Positions 25,960 to 37,414 are shown, numbered from the stretch's first letter. The stretch: 64,000 bases of DNA from Candidatus Wolfebacteria bacterium (GCA_016214005.1 JACRPK010000006.1:17719-81718); one strand, 5' to 3'. The notes: generated from the letters alone by a model not told the origin. Numbers and translations: made by a program.

Positions 25960-26298
25960 ATGACTAAAAAAATCGCGATTGCCTTGTTGGGGTTGTCTCC
26001 GCTTTTAGTTTTTGCCCAACCGAGTGTTCCGACCGTTACCGGATTATCAAGTTACGCCGGTATTATTACCACTATTGATACATTGGCTAATTGGATGCTT
26101 GGAATTCTTGTTGCGGTGGCGGCAATTTTTTATCTTTATGCAGGTTATCTCTATTTAATGGCTTCTGGAAATGAAGAACAATTTGCAGCCGCAAAAAGCT
26201 ATATAATTTACGCCACAGTGGCCGTTGCCGTTGGTTTGCTTTCAAAAACAATTACTGCTCTTTTGCAGAGTTTTCTTGGAACGGCAATTACTCCTTAA
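25960..26298 (+). CDS. CPR pilin, TrbC/VirB2-like
   Basis: AGYLYLMASGNEEQ...AKSYIIYA. Confidence 0.8.
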   Translation: MTKKIAIALLGLSPLLVFAQPSVPTVTGLSSYAGIITTIDTLANWMLGILVAVAAIFYLYAGYLYLMASGNEEQFAAAKSYIIYATVAVAVGLLSKTITALLQSFLGTAITP

Positions 26299-26405
26299 TT
26301 TATTAAAATATAAATATAAAAGCCGCTGCTGATAAAATCTTTGGCAGAGGCTTTTATATTTATTATGGGGCTTGTATTTTTATTTTAATTGTTTATAATA
26401 TATTA

Positions 26406-26529
26406 GAGTCTTAGTTGTGATTTCCGGATCAAGGATTTATTTACGGGAAGGCAACAGCGCTTTGGCTCTTGGGTCAAAGTTGAGCCTGCCCACTTGGCGA
26501 AAGCCGGGATAATCCAACAGCTAAGGCTC
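26406..26529 (+). ncRNA. Structured ~124-nt RNA with 6S-like rod and central bubble (tentative)
   Basis: Ends pair (GAGTCTTAGTTGT/ACAGCTAAGGCTC); inner stem; promoter TTGTAT-N16-TATAAT directly upstream. Confidence 0.5.
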
Positions 26530-26551
26530 ATTAAGTTTTATATTTTAAATT

Positions 26552-26746
26552 ATGAGACAATGTAAAATTTGCGGAAAGGGTTCAATATTGTTCGCTAAAA
26601 GATTAAAACTTCGCGGCAATTATAATCCGATTCCGAAAACAAGAAAATATCCGAATATTCAATCAACCAGGCTTGAAAATGGCAAGCGGGTTTTGGCTTG
26701 CGTGAAGTGCATCAAAACTCAGAAAAAAAATCAAAAGAAAAAATAA
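26552..26746 (+). CDS. rpmB: 50S ribosomal protein L28
   Basis: RQCKICGKG...TRKYPNIQ...CVKCIKT. Confidence 0.88.
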   Translation: MRQCKICGKGSILFAKRLKLRGNYNPIPKTRKYPNIQSTRLENGKRVLACVKCIKTQKKNQKKK

Positions 26747-26807
26747 TTTTATTTTTTTAAATATTGTTTATAATAAAATGGCTGATATAAGGTCATTTTA
26801 TTTTTAA

Positions 26808-26878
26808 CGGGCTATAGTATAAAAGCAGTATACATGCATGGGGTGCATGAGGCCTCGGAGCATTACCGGGTAGCCCGA
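26808..26878 (+). tRNA. tRNA-Pro(GGG) with atypical T-loop, CCA not encoded
   Basis: Acceptor CGGGCTA/TAGCCCG; anticodon stem CATGC/GCATG around loop AT-GGG-GT. Confidence 0.85.
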
Positions 26879-26906
26879 AAAAGTTAATTTTTAACGAGAA
26901 ATTTAT

Positions 26907-27317
26907 ATGATTAATGAATTAAAAAATAACGGAAAATTTTGGAAATATCTTACGAATTTTTGGGCGATTATTATTTACGCGGCAATTATTTATGATTTTA
27001 TAAAAGATAACGCTTTCGTTGAATTTCTCGGACCGATTACCGCGATTTATATTGCTGCGCTGGCGATTTATGCAGGAGACAAGGAATTCGAAAGATGGCA
27101 TCACAGCCACAACAAAAGGCATCCCGGAGAGATGTTCGTTGCCGCTTGGACAATATTGGTGGTTGGAATTTTAATTCTAGATTTTATTTTTAATAAACCT
27201 TACAAAATGCCCAGTGAAGTAATTTCGGCCTACATCGCGGTATTGGGTGTTTTAGCTATTACCAAAAAATCAAAATCGCTTTATAATGAAGATATAGAAA
27301 TTCATAAAGGTCGTTAA
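26907..27317 (+). CDS. Small multi-TM membrane protein
   Basis: Four hydrophobic segments. Confidence 0.7.
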   Translation: MINELKNNGKFWKYLTNFWAIIIYAAIIYDFIKDNAFVEFLGPITAIYIAALAIYAGDKEFERWHHSHNKRHPGEMFVAAWTILVVGILILDFIFNKPYKMPSEVISAYIAVLGVLAITKKSKSLYNEDIEIHKGR

Positions 27318-27335
27318 ATTATTATAAATATAAAT

Positions 27336-27665
27336 ATGGAAACGAAACATAATCACGAAGATCATTGTTTTTTTTGCAAATGGAAAGGATTTGAAGGCGG
27401 TCACAAAAAAAATGTCGTCATCCGATGGGTTTTGGGAATTTTAATTCTTATCACTATATTTTATTTCGGAGTGAAGATCGGGCAGATTTCTTATTATGTT
27501 AGAAGCGGATTTGGTTATCCGATGATGGGAGGTTATCCGATGATGTGGGGAGGTTATGGCAGCTACGGCAAGGGATATTCTGATGACGGATATTATGGCG
27601 GAATGGGTCCGTGGATGATGAGGGGATGGTGGAATTATCCGACTCAAAATAATACGCAAAAATAA
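27336..27665 (+). CDS. Membrane protein with Gly/Met/Tyr-rich tail
   Basis: One TM helix, GYPMM repeats. Confidence 0.7.
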   Translation: METKHNHEDHCFFCKWKGFEGGHKKNVVIRWVLGILILITIFYFGVKIGQISYYVRSGFGYPMMGGYPMMWGGYGSYGKGYSDDGYYGGMGPWMMRGWWNYPTQNNTQK

Positions 27666-27757
27666 GTTTGCTTAAACAAAAAAATATCCCAAATGGGATA
27701 TTTTTTTATTCATTTTTATTTAAAATAAATTAATAGACCTTTTGAGATTCTACTTTT

Positions 27758-27831
27758 TGGCTGCGGGACAGGGAATCGAACCCCAATTTTCTGGTTCAGA
27801 GCCAGACGTGCTACCATTACACCATCCCGCA
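27758..27831 (-). tRNA. tRNA-Gln(CTG)
   Basis: Reverse complement TGCGGGATGGTGTAATGGTAGC...CTCTGAA...GGTTCGATTCC...GCCA. Confidence 0.95.
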
Positions 27832-27879
27832 ATATATTTAATTTGCTAACGAAAAAATTATAATCTATAATAATTTTAA

Positions 27880-29103
27880 ATGCCAATGAATAAATTGGAA
27901 ATTGAAAAAGAGCTTCTTGCGCCGGCAAATGAAATTTCAATTATTAAGCTTGTGGATTCTTTGATTGATCATGCTTATGAATCGCGGGCTTCGGATATCC
28001 ATATTGATCCGGCTAGCGATAAGGTTACGGTTAGGCTTAGGATTGACGGCGTGATGCACGGCGCTTTTATTTTGCCGAAAGAAATTCAATCGGAAGTCAT
28101 CACTCGGCTTAAAGTTTTGTCTGGTCTTCGCACCGATGAGCACCAAATCGCCCAAGACGGCCGTTTTAAATTTATTGCCGAAGACAAAAAAGAATTTGAC
28201 ATAAGAATTTCCATAGTCCCAACTTATTATGAGGAAAATGCGGTTTTAAGGCTTTTGGTTGAGCAAGGACAGGCCCACAATCTTGATACTATTGGATTTT
28301 CCGAAAGAGATTTAAATATTGTTAAAAGCGCGATGCAAAAGCCTTACGGGATGATTTTGGCGACTGGCCCGACTGGGAGCGGGAAAACTACCACTCTTTA
28401 TACAATTTTAAAAATTCTTAATACCGATGATGTGGAAATTATCACGATTGAAGATCCGATTGAATATTCGCTTGAAAAAACCACTCAGATTCAGGTAAAT
28501 AATCAAACTAGTTTGACTTTTGCCAAAGGTCTTCGTTCAATTTTGAGGCAGGATCCGAATATTATTATGGTTGGTGAAATTCGTGATGAGGAAACAGCGA
28601 AGATTGCCGTTAACGCCGCTTTGACTGGTCATCTTTTGCTTTCCACTTTGCACACCAACGACGCGCCAACGGCTTTGCCTCGTTTGATTGATATGGGGGT
28701 GGAGCCGTTTTTAATCGTTTCAACCGTTAATGTTGTTATTGCCCAGCGTTTAGTAAGACAAATTTGTTCTGATTGCAAAATTGAGAAAAAATATTCTTTA
28801 AGCGCGTTGAAAACTTTAGGCGCTCATCTTCCGCCGGAATTCTTGTCGGATAATCAAAATTTTTTTGTCGGCGCGGGATGCAAAACTTGCGGCAATAGCG
28901 GCTATTTGGGAAGAGTCCCCATTCATGAAGTTTTTGAAATAACAGATGCCATCCGCGAAGCGATTGTTTCAAGAGTAGGAGCTCAAGAGATAAAAGAAAT
29001 AGCCAAAAAAGAAGGCATGACCACGATGTTTGAAGATGGCTTTAAAAAAGTGATAGCGGGTATAACCACCATGGAAGAGATATTAAGAGTTATCCATGAA
29101 TAA
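27880..29103 (+). CDS. pilB: Type IV pilus assembly ATPase, PilB/GspE family
   Basis: ASDIHI, GPTGSGKTTTLY, TIEDPIEY, LRQDPNIIMVGEIRD, LSTLHTN. Confidence 0.92.
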   Translation: MPMNKLEIEKELLAPANEISIIKLVDSLIDHAYESRASDIHIDPASDKVTVRLRIDGVMHGAFILPKEIQSEVITRLKVLSGLRTDEHQIAQDGRFKFIAEDKKEFDIRISIVPTYYEENAVLRLLVEQGQAHNLDTIGFSERDLNIVKSAMQKPYGMILATGPTGSGKTTTLYTILKILNTDDVEIITIEDPIEYSLEKTTQIQVNNQTSLTFAKGLRSILRQDPNIIMVGEIRDEETAKIAVNAALTGHLLLSTLHTNDAPTALPRLIDMGVEPFLIVSTVNVVIAQRLVRQICSDCKIEKKYSLSALKTLGAHLPPEFLSDNQNFFVGAGCKTCGNSGYLGRVPIHEVFEITDAIREAIVSRVGAQEIKEIAKKEGMTTMFEDGFKKVIAGITTMEEILRVIHE

Positions 29104-30202
29104 TAATCATAAGGTTTCTTTATTGCAATCAGTCGCGAGAAAATTTGTTATTTTTTTTACACGCGTGCCGCTTTCGGAAAAAATTCTTTTTGCCAAGCAT
29201 TTGTCTATGATGGTCAATGCCGGTATGACCGAAGTTGAAAGCATTCGTTTGATAAGAAAACAGATAAAAAGCCGCGGTTTTGGAAAAATTTTGGATAAAA
29301 TTATCGCTGATTTGGAAAGCGGATTGTTTTTGTCCGTGTCCCTAAAACAATTTCCTCGCGCTTTCGGAGAAATTTTTATTAATTTGATAGAAATCGGTGA
29401 AATTACTGGCACGCTTTCTCAAAATTTAAATTTTCTTTCGGTGGAGCTTAAAAAATCTCAACAACTTCGTTCAAAAGTCCGTTCGGCTTTGATTTACCCG
29501 ATTGTCATATTGGCGGCGACTTTGGGAGTCGGCGGAATGCTGATATTTTTTGTTTTGCCGAAAATTCTTCCGGTTTTTTACAGCTTGCGCATTGAATTGC
29601 CGGTTGAAACAAAAATTTTAGTGGCTGCCAGCAATTTTCTTTTGCATTATTATCTTTGGGTTATTTTGGGATTTTTTGTTTTTTTTATTCTTATGGCTGG
29701 TTTATTAAAAATTCCTTTTATAAGATTTTATTATCATCGGCTGATTTTGGCATTGCCGATTATCGGAAAAATTGCGATTGCTTATAATATGGCCAATACC
29801 ACAAGAACGCTCGGTATTCTTTTAAAAAGCGGGATAAAAATCGTTGAGGCGATTTTAATTAACGCCAATATAACAAGCAACGATGTTTATAAAAAATCTT
29901 TTTATTTGGTAGCCGAAGAAATTAAAAAAGGAGAATCGTTTTATAAATATTTTGAAAATAATTCGAAAATTTTTCCTCCGACCATCACGCGGATGATTGA
30001 AGTCGGTGAAAATACGGGCAAGCTTGAAGAAAATCTTTTTTATTTGGCGGATTTTTATGAAAATGAAGTTGACGAAATTACCAAAGACCTTTCGAGTATT
30101 TTGGAGCCGGTTTTGCTTGTGGTAATGGGATCTCTGGTGGGTTTTGTGGTAGTTTCAATTATAAAACCAATTTATGAAGTTAGTCGAAGCATCACAAGAT
30201 AA
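29096..30202 (+). CDS. pilC: Type IV pilus platform protein, PilC/GspF family
   Basis: GEITGTL, SALIYP, GENTGKL, LEPVL. Confidence 0.9.
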   Translation: MNNNHKVSLLQSVARKFVIFFTRVPLSEKILFAKHLSMMVNAGMTEVESIRLIRKQIKSRGFGKILDKIIADLESGLFLSVSLKQFPRAFGEIFINLIEIGEITGTLSQNLNFLSVELKKSQQLRSKVRSALIYPIVILAATLGVGGMLIFFVLPKILPVFYSLRIELPVETKILVAASNFLLHYYLWVILGFFVFFILMAGLLKIPFIRFYYHRLILALPIIGKIAIAYNMANTTRTLGILLKSGIKIVEAILINANITSNDVYKKSFYLVAEEIKKGESFYKYFENNSKIFPPTITRMIEVGENTGKLEENLFYLADFYENEVDEITKDLSSILEPVLLVVMGSLVGFVVVSIIKPIYEVSRSITR

Positions 30203-30626
30203 CGCAAAAGGCCTGACGATGATTGAAATTATTGTTGCGATGGCAATTCTTTCCGTAATTGCCGGATTGGGTTTTTGGGTAAGCTTGGAATTTTATAAAA
30301 CATACAATCTTGATTCTGAATTTAATATTTTAACAAGCGCTTTAAGAAAAGTTAGAAATTTAAGCATGACTAATTTTAATGAATCAGCGCATGGAATTTA
30401 TATTGAGCCGAACCGATATGTTATTTTCCAGGGATCGTCTTATGTCGCCCGTAATCAGTCTTTTGATGAAATTTATGAACCGCTTAGCGTTAATTTTTCG
30501 GGAATTGGAGAAGCGGTTTTTAGTCAATTGAGCGGTGATTCAAGCGCTTCCGGAACGATTAAAATAAATTATGAAACAAAGAATCGGCAAGTTTTTATAA
30601 ATTATGATGGAAAAATTGATTGGTAA
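30174..30626 (+). CDS. Minor type IV pilin / pseudopilin
   Basis: KGLTMIEIIV prepilin cleavage motif. Confidence 0.85.
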   Translation: MKLVEASQDNAKGLTMIEIIVAMAILSVIAGLGFWVSLEFYKTYNLDSEFNILTSALRKVRNLSMTNFNESAHGIYIEPNRYVIFQGSSYVARNQSFDEIYEPLSVNFSGIGEAVFSQLSGDSSASGTIKINYETKNRQVFINYDGKIDW

Positions 30627-31974
30627 AAAAAATTGCGGGCAAAGCGTTTTGGAAACTCTTGTAGCTTTGGCGATTTTGGCTATCAGCGTTTTAAGCGGGT
30701 TTATTTTAATTTATAATAGCCAGTCTTTTTCAGTTGACGTTGATTTAGGCCAGCAAGCTATTTATTTGGCTCAAAAAGGATTGGAAACAGCTAGATATTC
30801 GGCAAAAAATAATTTTAATGATTTGGTTGGCAGCTCATCAATAACTGGAAATTTTACCCAAGAAACAATAATTGAAAATATTGACGCTTATTCAAAAAAA
30901 ATTATTAGCCGAACAAGTTGGAAAACAGATCTTTTGAGGCCGCAAAAAATTGAATTGACAACTTTGGTTACTAGCAGATCAAATATTATTGGATCCGGCG
31001 GCGATGCTGGGGGCAGCGCTCCGTTCGGCGATTGGAAAAATCCAAAAACTTTGGGAAGCATTGATTTGGGAGCCGGCGAATCGGCCACCGATTTAGACGT
31101 TAAAAATAAAATGGTTTATCTTACGGCCGAAGCTTCGGACAAGAAAAAATCTGATTTTTTTATTGTTAACGCCACTGACGGTCAAAATCCGTTTATTGTT
31201 TCTAGTCTTAATGTCGGAGACGGATTGAAAGGTGTCGATGTCGCCGGCAATTACGCTTATGTGGTCGGCAAAGATGATGATAAAGAATTTATTGTTATTG
31301 ATGTAAGCAATCAATCGGCGCCAATTGAAGTCGCTTCTCTTAATTTGTCCGGCAGCGCTGACGCTTTAACAATATTTTATTGGAATGGTTATGTTTATGT
31401 TGGCCGGGCCAGCGGCTCTTCGCAGGAATTTTTAATTATTGATGTTTCTAATCCTTTGGCGCCGAGCCTTGTTTCCGGTTTGTCGGGTGTTGGCAACGAA
31501 ATTAATGATATTTATGTTTTGAATAACCGCGTTTATTTGGGAACCGAAGATTCTAGCAGGGGAATGATTGTTATTAATGTAGCTAGTTCAACTTCACCTT
31601 CGGTTTTAGGATCAATTGATGTTGGCGATCATGTTTATGGCATTTATCCCAGAAGTGAAAATCAAGTATTGGTAGGCGAAAAAACAAAATTTTACATCGT
31701 TAACGCTTCCAGTACTTCTAAAATGGCGATTTTGGGTTCAGCTTCGATTGGAAGTAAAACCCGAGATATCGTTTCCTCTGGTTCTTTGGCTTTTTTGGCA
31801 ACAGAAGATTCTAATAAAGAATTTCAAGTTTATGATATTTCCAGTTCGACTAGACCTTCTTTTTGGAGTTCGTTTAATTTCCCTCAAATCGCGACGGGAA
31901 TTGATTATGAAGATAATATTGTTTATGTTTCGGTCCGCAGCAATGACGCGTTAAGAATTATTACTTCGCAATAA
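30604..31974 (+). CDS. Prepilin-type protein with LVIVD-like repeat domain (possible adhesin)
   Basis: GQSVLETLV; repeated GNYAYV...IDVSNP..P. Confidence 0.8.
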   Translation: MMEKLIGKKNCGQSVLETLVALAILAISVLSGFILIYNSQSFSVDVDLGQQAIYLAQKGLETARYSAKNNFNDLVGSSSITGNFTQETIIENIDAYSKKIISRTSWKTDLLRPQKIELTTLVTSRSNIIGSGGDAGGSAPFGDWKNPKTLGSIDLGAGESATDLDVKNKMVYLTAEASDKKKSDFFIVNATDGQNPFIVSSLNVGDGLKGVDVAGNYAYVVGKDDDKEFIVIDVSNQSAPIEVASLNLSGSADALTIFYWNGYVYVGRASGSSQEFLIIDVSNPLAPSLVSGLSGVGNEINDIYVLNNRVYLGTEDSSRGMIVINVASSTSPSVLGSIDVGDHVYGIYPRSENQVLVGEKTKFYIVNASSTSKMAILGSASIGSKTRDIVSSGSLAFLATEDSNKEFQVYDISSSTRPSFWSSFNFPQIATGIDYEDNIVYVSVRSNDALRIITSQ

Positions 31975-31976
31975 AT

Positions 31977-32465
31977 ATGAAAAATCAAAAAGCTTTTACT
32001 TTAATTGAAACAATTATTTACGCTGTTTTAGTTTCTTTAATTGGCGGGTTTTCAATTTTTGTTCTTTATCAAATTATTGACAGCGGTGATCGCTTAAAAG
32101 CGAAAATTGACGTTGAGGGAGAAGCGAATTTTATTTTGCAAAAAGTTAATTGGGCTTTAAACGGAGCGACAGCCGTTAATCAGCCGGCAGCTGGCGCTAC
32201 TTCAACGATTCTATCAATCAATAAAAATAATTTTTCTTCCAATCCGATTGTTTTTGATTTAAATGAAGGCAATATTCGTTTGGCAAAAGGCGGAGGCGCT
32301 GCTTCGTTTTTAAACAATCAGAATATTTCAGTTGGCCAATTAGTTTTTGAACATTTGGCGGCCAGCGGAGGATCATCGGAGGCTATTAGGGCAACACTTT
32401 CCGTAAATTCTAAAATTTTCAATTATTCCAAAACCATTGAAATGCTTTATTATTTAAGAAATTAA
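31977..32465 (+). CDS. Minor type IV pilin
   Basis: KAFTLIETII. Confidence 0.85.
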   Translation: MKNQKAFTLIETIIYAVLVSLIGGFSIFVLYQIIDSGDRLKAKIDVEGEANFILQKVNWALNGATAVNQPAAGATSTILSINKNNFSSNPIVFDLNEGNIRLAKGGGAASFLNNQNISVGQLVFEHLAASGGSSEAIRATLSVNSKIFNYSKTIEMLYYLRN

Positions 32466-32475
32466 TATTTATAAA

Positions 32476-32868
32476 ATGAAAACAAATTTTCAAAAAGGTT
32501 ATATTGCTCTTACTTCGGCTGTGATTATTTCGGCTTTGATTATGATAATTGCTTTGACTTTGAGTTCGGGTTCTTTTTCCGGCCGTTTTGACATTTTGGG
32601 AGTGGAATTTAAGAAAATCAGCCGCGCCCTAGCCGAAGCTTGCGCTGAAACAGCTCTTCTAAAATTGGCGCAAAACAGCTCTTACTCTGGAGATGAAAAT
32701 ATTCAAATTGGTGATAAACAATGTTCAATTTTAGCGATTGAATCAGCAGGCGGACAAAAAATAATAAAAACAAAAGCGAATTTTCAAAATTTTATCACCA
32801 ACTTAAAAATAGCAGTGTCAATTTCAAACTTAGCAGTTGTTTATTGGGAAGAAGTGGCGAATTTTTAA
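32476..32868 (+). CDS. PilX/GspK-like minor pilin
   Basis: KGYIALTSAVII...AEACAETALLKL. Confidence 0.75.
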   Translation: MKTNFQKGYIALTSAVIISALIMIIALTLSSGSFSGRFDILGVEFKKISRALAEACAETALLKLAQNSSYSGDENIQIGDKQCSILAIESAGGQKIIKTKANFQNFITNLKIAVSISNLAVVYWEEVANF

Positions 32869-32929
32869 ATTATATAATATAATTAAATAAATTTGAAAAG
32901 GTCGAGATTGAAAATTATTAAATTTTGCA

Positions 32930-33385
32930 ATGAAAAAAATTAAAGGTTTTACATTGATTGAACTTTTGGTGGTTATTGGCATTATTGCGGTGTTAGCGGC
33001 AGTAGTTATTATTGCCATCAATCCGGCCAGGCAATTTGCTCAAGCCAGGAATACTCAGCGTTGGTCAAATGTTAATACCATTTTAAATAGTGTTGGGCAA
33101 AGATTGGCCGATAATAAGGGTGTGTTTGAAACCGGCTGCGTTGCTGGAGTTATTCCTGCGACTTCTACTATTATGAAAAGCAGCGGCGGTTATGATGTCG
33201 CTCCTTGTTTGGTGCCGACTTATATTTCAACATTTCCGTTTGATCCGACAACTTCCGGCGCTCATTATACAAGTAATACAGATTACGATACTGGTTATAC
33301 TATTTACAAAGATGCAACAACCGGGAGAATCACTGTCGGCGCTCCGACATCAGAACTTTCAGAAACAATTTCCGTAACAAGATAA
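32930..33385 (+). CDS. Type IV pilin
   Basis: KGFTLIELLVVIGII...NP.RQFAQARN. Confidence 0.9.
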   Translation: MKKIKGFTLIELLVVIGIIAVLAAVVIIAINPARQFAQARNTQRWSNVNTILNSVGQRLADNKGVFETGCVAGVIPATSTIMKSSGGYDVAPCLVPTYISTFPFDPTTSGAHYTSNTDYDTGYTIYKDATTGRITVGAPTSELSETISVTR

Positions 33386-33437
33386 AATAAAAGAAATAAA
33401 AAATCGGCTCCCTATTTTTTGATATTGAGCCGATTTT

Positions 33438-34277
33438 TTATTTCAAGATTTGAGGCTTTTCGCCTTCAACTTGGATTTTTTTGAGTTTTAATTTTCCTTC
33501 AAAAATTTCCGCTTCCAAAAATTTTACGCGCTTGTTGTTGATGAAGACATAAGCGCCGGGTTCGGGATTGAAAGCTTTGATTTTTCGCTCAATTTGAACG
33601 GCGATTTCGCCTCCCTGATTTTTAGCAATTTCCAAATCTTCCGAAGAAATCAAAGCATCTTCGGTTTTAAATTTTTTGGTAAAAGTTGCTCGGGATTCAT
33701 CTTGAATAGCTGCGGTTTTAATTTTATTCTCAATATCGGGCAAAATTTCAATCAATAAATCAGCGCTTAACTCGGCGAGTTTTTGTTGAAATTTTTTATA
33801 GTCGTCATTTTTGTCTATTGGGATATTTTTTAACGCCAATATCGGCCCATGATCAACTTTTTCATCCACCATAAATATGGCGGCGCCAGTTTCTTTTTCA
33901 TTGTTTAAAATGGCGGATTGAATTGGCGTTGCGCCGCGGTATTTTGGCAAAAGCGAAGGGTGGGCGCCGATTGCGCCGAGCCGCGGAATTTCCAGAATTT
34001 CTTTGGGAATAATTTTGGCGTAAGCGGCAACAATGGAAAAATCAAAATCTTTAATAGGGTGATTTTGAAAAAAATCTTTTGATAATTTTTCCGGTTGTAA
34101 AACAGGGATATTATATTTTTGAGCAATAGTTTTTGTCGGCGGGAAAGTGATGATTTTTTTTCTGCCGACCGGCTTATCTGGATTGCAAATAACGGCTTGC
34201 GGAACAAATCCGGCATTGATTAATTTTTCTAAAATTATTGAGGCGAATTCTGGTGTTCCGAAAAATGCGAATTTCAT
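33438..34277 (-). CDS. fmt: Methionyl-tRNA formyltransferase
   Basis: FFGTPEFA, PDKPVGR, HPSLLPKYRGATPIQ. Confidence 0.95.
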   Translation of the reverse strand: MKFAFFGTPEFASIILEKLINAGFVPQAVICNPDKPVGRKKIITFPPTKTIAQKYNIPVLQPEKLSKDFFQNHPIKDFDFSIVAAYAKIIPKEILEIPRLGAIGAHPSLLPKYRGATPIQSAILNNEKETGAAIFMVDEKVDHGPILALKNIPIDKNDDYKKFQQKLAELSADLLIEILPDIENKIKTAAIQDESRATFTKKFKTEDALISSEDLEIAKNQGGEIAVQIERKIKAFNPEPGAYVFINNKRVKFLEAEIFEGKLKLKKIQVEGEKPQILK

Positions 34278-34287
34278 GGTTTCTATT

Positions 34288-34800
34288 TTATTGCTTGTTT
34301 TGATTATCTATTTTATGGAGACCATTTGCTTTGTCAATAAATAAAATTCCATTAAGATGATCTATCTCATGCTGAAAAACTCGAGCTTCTATTCCTTCTG
34401 CTTTAATTCTTATTTTTTTGTTGTTTTTGTCTCGACCGATTAAAGTGATTTTTTCCGGCCGCTCAACTTCGCCATAAATTTCTGGCACGCTTAAACACCC
34501 TTCTTCAACAAAAGATGTTTTTTCGGATGATTTTATAATTTCCGGATTAAAAATCGCGTAAAATTTTTCACCGATTATTTTATCGCCTTCAATTTTGGGA
34601 ATTTGAGCTATAAAAAATTTAAAATTCAATCCGATTTGATTGGCGGAAAGCCCGATGCCATTAGCTTTTATCATTGTTTCTTTCATTTGTTTTAATAATT
34701 CGTTAATTTCTTTTTTGGAAAATTTTGAGAAATCAAAATCCGCGGTCTTGGTCCGCAAGAATTTCTCTTCTTTTTTATTGTTGATTGTCAGAATTTTCAT
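34288..34800 (-). CDS. def: Peptide deformylase
   Basis: GIGLSANQIG, EGCLS, QHEIDHLNG. Confidence 0.97.
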   Translation of the reverse strand: MKILTINNKKEEKFLRTKTADFDFSKFSKKEINELLKQMKETMIKANGIGLSANQIGLNFKFFIAQIPKIEGDKIIGEKFYAIFNPEIIKSSEKTSFVEEGCLSVPEIYGEVERPEKITLIGRDKNNKKIRIKAEGIEARVFQHEIDHLNGILFIDKANGLHKIDNQNKQ

Positions 34801-35078
34801 TTTTTCTTTTTTAAATTTTTTAACAAATACGGATGGGTTTGCGTTAAAACTTTCATAAAATAACCGCCTTTATTTTCAATATTTTTTCTTTCGGAAACAT
34901 CTTTGGCGATGCTGAGCAAATGTTCATTATTATGTTCTTTGGCGAGCTTGATATAAAGAGCTTTGTGTTTTTCGTCATCAAGAAGCTGGGCGATCATTAG
35001 GCCTATCATTTGATATTTTCTGTAAACATGAGATTTTTTCCCGCGCTCTTTGAGAATTTCCAAATAATTTTTTTCCAT
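34797..35078 (-). CDS. Conserved CPR hypothetical protein
   Basis: ORF overlapping the def start. Confidence 0.65.
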   Translation of the reverse strand: MEKNYLEILKERGKKSHVYRKYQMIGLMIAQLLDDEKHKALYIKLAKEHNNEHLLSIAKDVSERKNIENKGGYFMKVLTQTHPYLLKNLKKKK

Positions 35079-35252
35079 AAAATTATTTTAGCATAAAAAA
35101 CTGATAAAAAAATTAGTAAAAAAATCGGCGTCCAGAGCGGAAAAATGCTCGTGGACGCCCTAGGGATGGGTGCTATCTTCGAATGAAGATAGCGGGTGGG
35201 CCGTATTTAAGAAATATATTAATAATATAAAATTATATTTTTTTATCAATAG

Positions 35253-35468
35253 TTATTTGGTGGTTTTGGCTTTGGCGCGGCGGGCTTTGAATTTTTCAAC
35301 TCGGCCAGCGGTGTCAATTAAATTTGTTCTGCCGGTAAAAAAAGGATGGCATTGGCTGCAAATTTCAACTTGAATTTCCGGGTTGGTTGAGCCGATGGAA
35401 AATTTAGCGCCGCAAGCGCATTGAATTTTCGCATTTTTATGATATTGGGGATGAACGTCTTTTTTCAT
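35253..35468 (-). CDS. rpmE: 50S ribosomal protein L31
   Basis: MKKDVHP...CACG...[10 protein letters not shown]...GRVEKF; start at 35468. Confidence 0.95.
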   Translation of the reverse strand: MKKDVHPQYHKNAKIQCACGAKFSIGSTNPEIQVEICSQCHPFFTGRTNLIDTAGRVEKFKARRAKAKTTK

Positions 35469-35506
35469 AATTTTGATAGTTTGAATACTATCACGGCTTT
35501 TTTCTC

Positions 35507-35606
35507 TTGACAAGGGGCAGGGCATTCATATAATGGGTAGATATCTGAAAACGGAACGAATCTGATTTTTGGAGAGAACTGATTTTTGGAGAGGACCTTG
35601 AAAAAT
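35507..35606 (+). promoter_or_regulatory. 16S promoter (TTGACA-N16-TATAAT) and boxA-like ACCTTGAAAAAT
   Basis: Consensus boxes at 35507 and 35529; motif at 35595-35606. Confidence 0.75.
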
Positions 35607-35729
35607 TAAAAGTTAAAATTAAATCAGAATTTTTTTAGTTGTCCCAATTTTTATTCAAAATAGAAATGTAGTTGGTAGTGAGTAGCTGGCAAATTTTTGC
35701 TTTCTGCTTACTGCTTTCTACTTCTATTT

Positions 35730-37325
<1,596 letters not shown>

Positions 37326-37414
37326 TTAATAAAAATGTTGTCGATCACAGAAGGCGTTGACCGAGGAGCCTCAAGTTTCGGTTAAAATTGGGCAACTGAA
37401 AAAGTTCTGACTAA

